Positions 56,078-64,000 of a stretch of 64,000 nt of DNA are shown one piece after another; position 1 is the first letter of the stretch, and each line of letters begins with the position of its first letter. The DNA is from Eledone cirrhosa. Lineage: Eukaryota. The translations under genes and the position numbers were made by a program. Location: NCBI GenBank assembly GCA_964016885.1, contig OZ024740.1, forward strand, positions 115,134,001 to 115,198,000. The letters are read 5' to 3'. The notes beneath the pieces are model-generated. The model was given only the letters and a program-made list of their open reading frames with translations, was not told the origin of the DNA and searched no databases.

Positions 56078-57897
56078 CGTTGTAGGACATGCACACTTCC
56101 CTTCTATAAAGCCTACGTAAACCCACGCCACCCTTGATCCTGGTTCCTCTGTAACCATAACTGCCCTTCAAGTGTATATAAGCTCCTCTCCTCTTTTCTT
56201 TCTCTCTTTCCTTCTCTCTTATTTTTTTTTCCTCTTTTACCTTAATTAATCTTTTTACCTTAAGCCAATAACCCATAGGGTTACGCCCTACTATACCAAG
56301 CACAGTTTGACCCTATACAGGCACCTACCCATACTAACCAAAGGGATATGGCTTATAACCATACCCATTGTGCGCTAACTGATAGCACAACCTAATACTT
56401 TGTCGAAAGCCCAACAAACTCCGCCGCAGCTATAAGGCGGATCGCTTGGGCATCTTGGATCCAGATAGCCTTGACCTTAGGGTGTGAGATAGATCCAACA
56501 TCATTTAGTGAACAATATGATCAGATCGAGTGGACTAAGTGTCACGGGATCGATCAAACCCGAGAAGGAATGGGTAAATGGTCGCTGAAGGGTTTGAATC
56601 GAACAAAGGCTTTGCCCCAAGTCCCGGAGATATCTAATGAATCCGCCCTTTATGACGCGAATTGTCTTCCATACTTTTCATAGGCAAACAACGACTTCTT
56701 CATTTTGTATTTTGACAACCGTTGGGAGTTATTAGGGAGAAAGTAGCTTTTGAAATTGTTGAATATAAATTCTGCTGCAAATATGATGAATTATAGAACC
56801 ACATTCAAGGCAGTGTGCGGCGGTTGATATTGATTTCCAGTCGACCCAGGAGGGGTTATACCCGACTGTGAAAGGATTACAACCTACAGATTCAGTAATC
56901 TACACGAAAACCACGTGGCGGGCATGTAAACTTCATAGTTGTCATTAACAGTTTTAGCCGTGAGTTTACTATATCTTCTACAGTACACACAACAGAAATT
57001 TACACTTATTCTAATAAGCCCGCTTATTAATGTAACCATAACTGCTTTTCCTTCACTCTGCCATAGGTAATTCCATGAGCGGAGTTTTCTATATACGCTT
57101 TCTGTCTACGCGACTGACTAGCCATCACGAATAGCATTTACTGTGGTATATTTACATATGGTGTGGCACTTTAGTTCGATGCCGACTCGGCCATACAGTG
57201 TATTTCACGTGGGACGTGGGGTTGCGGGACCGAATGTGAGGACTTTGGGAGATAGCAGATATTGCGGACCTGTTTTATTTTCACTTTCTTCACTGGAGTG
57301 CCGGCAGTACATGTACCCTACTTTACTTCACCTAATTTGGACTTTACTTTGTTTTAGATTTAAGGTGTTTTTTGCAGACTGCCTATGTGGAGAAATCCTC
57401 TGGCTGTATGTTTTGGAAACATAGTATTATATCGCTTAACGCTTGGAACTGGAACCAATGGATGGAGGGTGTTGGTATGATATGGAGAAATCGACCTGTT
57501 ACTGGAGTCCACCACCCTTCCTATAGACAATCCTACATGTAAAGCTGCACCACAGCTAACCAACTTTTCTTTTCACTGACTCATGCTTGCGAGCTTTCAT
57601 ACTCTGCCAGTACATCCTGTAATTGCACTGCTTGTGAATTGATGCGTCTCTGCTTTATTTTGTTTGCTGAGTAACACCCTCACTCATTCCTTGCTATCCT
57701 CTCTCAACCTCCTTATGATCTATTGCACCATTTATGTGATAAACTTTTGATGTAATTTTTTATGACATTATATGCGTCATGTATTGTGTGTTTTTCTATA
57801 TAGAGCTGGCCTTGAGACCCCCTTAATTGTCCTTTATACTTGTTCTGGTGACTGAGTTCGATGGAGCCTGCAACCTTTGATATATTTTTATTTATAA

Positions 57898-57942
57898 GCT
57901 CTGGTGATTCCTGCCATAAAGTACGGATGAAACACTGTTAGC
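57898..57942 (+). ncRNA. Degenerate hammerhead in the PLE pseudo-LTR
   Basis: GCU CUGGUGA UUCCUGCC..GUACGGAU GAAAC ACU GUU AGC; the inverted copy 50038-50080 has UUGAUGA, so the two copies together reconstruct CUGAUGA; copy 53225-53263 has a core deletion. Confidence 0.65.
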
Positions 57943-58289
57943 AAATAAAACAATGTATTTTTAAGCACTTTTTGGTTATTCCTAAACTTATATCGGCTCT
58001 GTAGTGTACTAGTTATCCTACATTGAGCTAAAACCACACTGTCATACCAAGGGCATATATCTGCATGGCTGTACACATTAATATACTTGTCAACGAAACT
58101 ATATATATATATATATATATAGATATAGATATATACATATATGTGTGTGTGCGTAAACATGCTGACCAAACAAGGATGCGTATGCAACGTACCATCAGAA
58201 ATAATGATGCTATTCAAATCAAGTACTCAACTTCATGTTTTTTTTTCCTCCCAATATAATTTGAGGCCTCTTTTTTTCGGCCAGCCTTA

Positions 58290-59760
58290 CCCCTCTCAGG
58301 AAAAAAGAGGGTGGCACACGCCCCATTGCTGCGGGCAATGTCTTCCGGAGGCTGGCTGCCAAGGTGATCTGCAAGTCCGTAACACACGAACTGGGTGAGG
58401 AGTTTAGTCCGGTGCAACTGGGTGTCGGCGTGTCCGGTGGATGTGAGGGGGCCGCTCATGCAACCAGGCAGTTCTTCAACAGCTGCCCATCGGAACCGGC
58501 ATCCAGGGACTCCAGGCACCTCATTGTCAAGCTTGACATGAGGAATGCCTTCAACTCTTTACGCCGGGATCATCTGCTGGAGGCCTGCCTCAGCAACACC
58601 CCCTATGACTACCCCCTGACCTACTTATCGTATGGAGCCCTGAGCATGCTCCTTGCTGCTGATACGGTCATACCCTCGGCTACTGGGATCCAAGAGAGCG
58701 ATCCTTTTGGACCCCTCCTGTTCGCCCTTGGTATTGACCACATCGCCCGGAATATCACGGCCCCTCTCAACGTTTGGTATCTGGATGATGCTACGTTGGG
58801 CGGGCCCGTACGGATGGTCTGCCATGACCTTCAATCGGTGGTTCCTGCCCTGGCGGAGGTGGTGAATGTAGCCCCGATACTGCGAGCTTTGCAGCCTCTG
58901 TCTTGGGCGTGCGGTCCATTCTCCGCCAGGTTCAGGTGACCCTCACCACCGATCCACCATCAGGTCCAGGTTTCAACAGCTCCAGACTCTCACGAGCCAA
59001 CTGGGCTTGATTGGCGGCCAACCAGCTCTCTTTCTGCTGAGGAACTAATTCGCCATGCCGAAACTCATCTATACACTCTGCAGCGCTCCGTGCTTCAGCC
59101 AGACATCTCTTCTCGCTGACCCCGATACTTGTATCCGAGCAGCAGCCGAGGAGATATGCAACGTCAAGTTTGACGACATAGGGTCTCAACAGGCCTCTTT
59201 ACCTGTCAGGTATGGCGGCCTTGGCCTCCGGTCCCCGATCTCACTAGCTTTGCTGGCGTATCGTTCGTCGGTAACCTCGTGCCGCGTCCTCGTCAGCAGG
59301 GTTCTTCAAAACACAACAGAATCCTCTGTGTTCAGAGAACGTGAGGTCACCTGTGAGACGTGGGACCGGCTGGGACTTAGCCCAGTAGACGTCCCTCCTC
59401 CTTCTCCCCCCGTTGACGTCAAGTCCCCCCCCCCAACGCTCTTGGGATGCCATCCAGTGCAGCCTGGCCTCAGACAGGCTCACGCGCCAGCTCGACCAGC
59501 ACCGCCTTGCTTGTTTTCGTGCGGCCTCCAAACCCCACAGTGGTGTCTGGCTCCATGCCCTGCCCTCCTTCTCCACTAGCACGCAGCTAGACAACAATAG
59601 CCTGCGCATCGGCGTTTCCCTGAGGCTTGGCCTCCGGATCTGCCACCACACCAATGTCGCTGCGGTTCCACTGTGGACTATTTCGGCCTCCACCCGCTTT
59701 TCTGTCACCACAGTGCCGGCCCCATACCACGCCATGCTGCTCTCAACGAAGTCATTATAC
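58290..59760 (+). pseudogene. Decayed CRE-clade-like non-LTR retrotransposon fragment (RT to zinc knuckle)
   Basis: QLGVGVSGGCE, KLDMRNAFNSL.R, GIQESDPFGPLLFAL, WYLDD, QASLPVRYGGLGLRS, SG.WL.ALP, LRLG, then C..H..C..RH remnants. Confidence 0.82.
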
Positions 59761-60091
59761 ATGGCGTGGCTGTTATTCTGTCCGCCGGGGCTGTGGGTGG
59801 GCCCTATCGCGTACCGTTGTAGTTGTTGTAGAAGAAACAGGAAGATAACAACTAGAAAGTTTGATTTTCTACTATATATATATAAGAAAAGTAAATGGAG
59901 GAGAAGGCAATACATTCAAAAACAAAATATATATTTGCCAGTTGTTCACCGAGTATATGTAGAATGAGGAAAACGCAAAGTTTTGTTTTCGTCCTTTCAC
60001 TAATATACTCACTCAGCACCACACCATATATTCTCTGATTTGTGGTCTTCCCGGTCCAAGATTATCAAAATATATATATATATATGTGTGT

Positions 60092-60174
<83 letters not shown>

Positions 60175-60187
60175 TGTGTCTGTGTCT

Positions 60188-60321
<134 letters not shown>

Positions 60322-60354
60322 GTGTGCGTGCGTGTATGTGTGTGTGTGTGTTGG

Positions 60355-60575
60355 TGCTCTGAAATAGCGGCGATGTGTATATGAATGTACATATCGTATA
60401 TTTAATAATATGCTGTATGCTTATTTTAAAACATTTTGAAGGCCTTTCGCTTTGTTTTTGCTGAAGCTTGGTATGTGATGTTAGTCACTACCTTAATTTC
60501 ATAGCGAAAGTTCTTAAATTGTTTTTAAATAAACATACAATATGTTATTAAATATACAATACGTACATTCATATA
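60355..60575. mobile_element. Inverted repeat made of a diverged module of the 310-bp array unit
   Basis: 60355-60451 (TGCTCTGAAATAGCG...AAACATTTTGAAGGCCT..CGCT) aligns to the reverse complement of 30194-30287; 60502-60575 is its inverted partner. Confidence 0.75.
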
Positions 60576-60621
60576 TGATGCGAAGTTCAGTATAGATGTT
60601 AAAGAGTCCTTTATTAACAAA

Positions 60622-60702
60622 GCTGTGATACATATTTCAATGACGACCGTGGCTACGTGATTATTCAATCATGTAACTGGTCATGCGTTCTCATCAGACA
60701 GC
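60622..60702 (-). ncRNA. Hammerhead ribozyme motif with long stem II
   Basis: GCUGU CUGAUGA GAACGC AUGACC AGUUAC AUGAUU GAAU AAUCAC GUAGCC AC GGUCGU CAUU GAAA UAUGU AUC ACAGC; perfect 5-bp stem I. Confidence 0.75.
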
Positions 60703-61389
60703 ATCATTATATAATAAGGTTACATTTCCGAGGCAATCCAATTTAAAGACAAGGGAACGGATACCAGCTATGAAAACATCATTTTTGTCTGTTACCTTGT
60801 CTTTAGATTGGCTGGCCATGGGGTAAAAGGTCAGATAATGGCAAATGGCAGGTGGAGGGTAAGATAGTTAGAGGTGGAGGACACTCGTTCGGACGTCACA
60901 CATATACAATAAACGCGTACACGTAAACAGACACACACGCGCGAACCGTTGCCCACAAACTGAAATTTAGAATTTAAATCTTTAAATTAAAATTTAAGCA
61001 AAATTAAAATTACTTTTTTCCTTTGCTTAAATTTTAATTTATATACAGTACAATAAACAGTCCATTCCATTTACTTACGTTTCTTCCTTGAGAGCTTCGC
61101 ATACTTTAATCTGCCTAATAAACACTTGCAGACATAACTAAAAAGTATGAATAACAGATAAACATGCAGTTGATAATAGGTTTCAATAATTCCAATTTCT
61201 TGCACATAGTTATTTCATATATAACATTTTGTTTTTGATTACTTTTTTCCATTTTTTTAGAATTAACAAATTTCCTAAACGAACAGGATAACAGAATATC
61301 AGACCTGCCAACCTCTAAAAACACAAACTGGGACAACCATGAAAGAAAAAATGTGCCCCAAAATGAGGCAAAATGGGGAGGTTTTACAT

Positions 61390-61575
61390 AATTGTTTCTA
61401 CTTTAGGCACAAGGCCAGCAAATACCCAGTGCATTACTGGTACTTTATTTTATGGACCCCGTAAGGATGAAAGGCAAAGTCAACCTCGGCGGGATTTGAA
61501 CTCAGATCGTAAAGGGACGTAACTATGCTGGAAAGCATGGCGTCCGACCCTCTACTGATACTGCCAATCCACCGC
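61390..61575 (-). mobile_element. tRNA-derived SINE (Meta-like domain)
   Basis: Reverse complement of the 2566-2752 family. Confidence 0.85.
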
Positions 61576-62113
61576 AGGGGAGGTTTTACATAATGAAAGC
61601 TATACCCATTTTCACAAGAGAGGACATCTCTCAGCCACCCCAAAGTAGGTGGGAGATTTCCCCCGTCGGACGGGGAGAGTTGACAGGTCTGGAATATACA
61701 ATGACATTCTAATCTCTGGATTATAAACGTATAACACCCCACACCCCGCTATCATTTCTAACGGTACTACTGCGATATCCACTCCGTAGAACTGGTTGAT
61801 CTTTTGCAAATTTCTTTCATCCTTTCGTCACCAGTACATTCAATATATCTCCAAAACCCACTAACCATTACACCTAAACCTTCCTTTCCAGAACATCACT
61901 TCAATAGAATTCCCTTCGTTACCCCTAATTTTATCTGTAACCCTCAATATGCAGCTATTTACGTAGAACATACCTCAATCTCAAAGTCAGTTGGCTGCAG
62001 TTCAAAATCCACTAGTAGTACAAAAGTTTGGTTGAAAGCTTAGTCTGGAGTTATTTCCATGAGGCACAATGAGAAAGTCTGTGTGCATGGACATATTTAT
62101 ATGTGTGTGTGTC

Positions 62114-62302
<189 letters not shown>

Positions 62303-62332
62303 ATATGTATGTATATATATATATATATATAT

Positions 62333-62740
62333 CCGGGAGAGATGACCCTTTAGCCTTTGTCAAGGCAGAATTCTAGAAGGAAAACTCTGATATAACACCT
62401 GCAACGCTGATGGTATCCAATGATGTTGACTTGTTCTTCTTTTTGGTAAATATCATCTTGGTTAAGAGGGTGGGACTGGCTTTGTGCAGTGCCTTTGCTC
62501 ACTATAAAAGCTTCACGGTACAGGCATTGCTTTATATCTGGAGATCTCTCTGCACTTGTCGTCACATGGTACCATGGGCCCAGCACTGTGTGTCAGTAAT
62601 TGTCACAAGTGTAGTGTTTGTACCAGAGTTTTCAAGTCGCTGGCATGACTAAAAAGTCACACTTGTTCAGCGCATCGGTAGGGTTCTCCCACATGGATAT
62701 AAAGTAGTGGCCGTACTCGAAAACGAGTTGGCAGCCACCA
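62333..62740 (+). mobile_element. RTE-derived non-autonomous element copy
   Basis: Reverse complement of 8777-9187 with the same 5' end (CCGGGAGAGATGACC). Confidence 0.78.
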
Positions 62741-63188
62741 TATACATATATAGTGCCATGCTCATCTATTGCTCTCTTTTTATTTTAATCATTCAATTTC
62801 CTAAGGCAGATGAATAAATAATAAATAAAAACGGCGAACTATTTGTTAAGCTCTTCTCTGCCCTTTGACATTGAATTTTAAACTGCGAGAATATTTTCAC
62901 TTGAGTATTTCGCATCGACATTCATTTACATATTATATATAATGAATATGTTCACTGTTTACTTGGTAGATCTACTGTCAGATCTCTTTGTTTCGAAATG
63001 AGTTTTGTAGATATTTTGTTGTAGCACCAATATATCTTAACATAAAAGTGAATATGTAATGTAACTTATTTTCGCAGCTGGAATTTTTTTCATTAGTACT
63101 TTTATAAATATAAATTGTTTTACTCGAAGTGACGTGAATGTAATTTTAAAAATGTGTATGCAGGTTTCAGATATAATGATGATGATAC

Positions 63189-64000
63189 TGGTGGTGGTGG
63201 TGATTGTGGTGGTGGTGGTGGTGGTGGTGGTTGTCGTGGTGGTGGTGTTTGTGGTGGTGTTTGTAGTGGTGGTGTTTGTGGTGGTGGTGTTTGTTTGTGG
63301 TGTTTGTGGTGGTGTTTGTGGTGGTGATGATTGTGGTGTTTGTGGTGGTGGTGATTGTGGTGGTGGTGTTTGTGGTGGCGGTGTTTGTGGTAGTGGTGTT
63401 TGTGGTGGTGGTGATTGTGGTGGTGGTGTTTGTGGTGGTGGTGTTGTGGTGGTGGTGTTGTGGTGGTGTTTGTGGTGGTGATGATTGTGGTGTTTGTGGT
63501 GGTGTTTGTGGTCGTGCGTGTGGTGGTGGTGTTTGTGGTGGTGTTTGTGGTGGTGATTGTGGTGGTGGTGTTTGTGGTGGTGTTGATTGTGGTGGTGGTG
63601 GTGGTGTTTGTGGTGGTGTTTGTGGTGGTGTTTGTGGTGGTGGTGTTTGTGGTGGTGTTTGTGGTGGTGTTTGTAGTGGTGTTTGTGGTGTTGTTTGTGG
63701 TGGTGATGTTTGTGGTGGTGTTTGTGGTGGTGGTGATTGTGCTGTTTGTGATGGTGGTGAGTGTGGTGGTGGTGTTTGTGGTGGTGTTTGTGGTGGTGAC
63801 GATTGTGGTGTTTGTGGTGGTGGTGATTGTGGTGGTGGTGTTTGTGGTGGTGTTTGTGGTGGTGGTGATTGTGGTGTTTCTGGTGGTGGTCAGTGTGGTA
63901 GTGGTGTTTGTGGTGGTGATGATTGTGGTGTTTGTGGTGGTGTTTGTGCTGGTGTTTGTTCTGGTGGTGTTTGTCGTGGTGGTGTTTGTCGTGGTGGTGT
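63189..64000. repeat. Degenerate (GGT)n / GGTGTTTGTGGT minisatellite running off the window
   Basis: Directly visible; G/T-rich strand. Confidence 0.95.

Larger units (their letters stand above)
49975..58103 (+). mobile_element. Penelope-like element (Nematis-like): 2.7-kb inverted 3' copy + 5' pseudo-LTR + ORF + long 3' region + 3' pseudo-LTR
   Basis: 49975-52670 is the reverse complement of 55322-57992; 52676-53418 is a direct repeat of 57373-58103; (TA)n on both flanks. Confidence 0.92.

Overview
AT-rich, microsatellite-saturated animal genomic DNA. The SINE and LINE repertoire looks cephalopod (Octopus-like), which is an inference from repeat recognition only. No host protein-coding exon can be supported, and most short ORFs in the track are translated microsatellites. 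The window is a retroelement stack with five parts. (i) A (TACA)n landing pad at 8.5-21.3 kb holds one near-full-length R4/Dong-like RLE LINE, truncated or deleted copies of it, and many opposite-strand RTE-derived non-autonomous elements. (ii) Three Penelope-like elements (PLEs; RT + GIY-YIG) carry inverted pseudo-LTRs. (iii) There are Tx1/L1-like and CRE-like LINEs and tRNA-derived SINEs. (iv) The most notable feature is a 310-bp x ~10.9 tandem array (29981-33360) in which every unit carries a complete minimal type I hammerhead ribozyme inside a hairpin-rich monomer. This is a candidate non-LTR retrozyme / circular-RNA generator, with diverged dispersed relatives at ~41.5 and ~60.4 kb. (v) More than 15 further hammerhead or hammerhead-like motifs from different families sit mostly in palindromic inserts within (TA)n tracts. 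Several have greatly expanded stem II, a recurring U-U closing mismatch, and inversion junctions on the ribozyme core. All structures were read by eye, not computed, and element boundaries are approximate.
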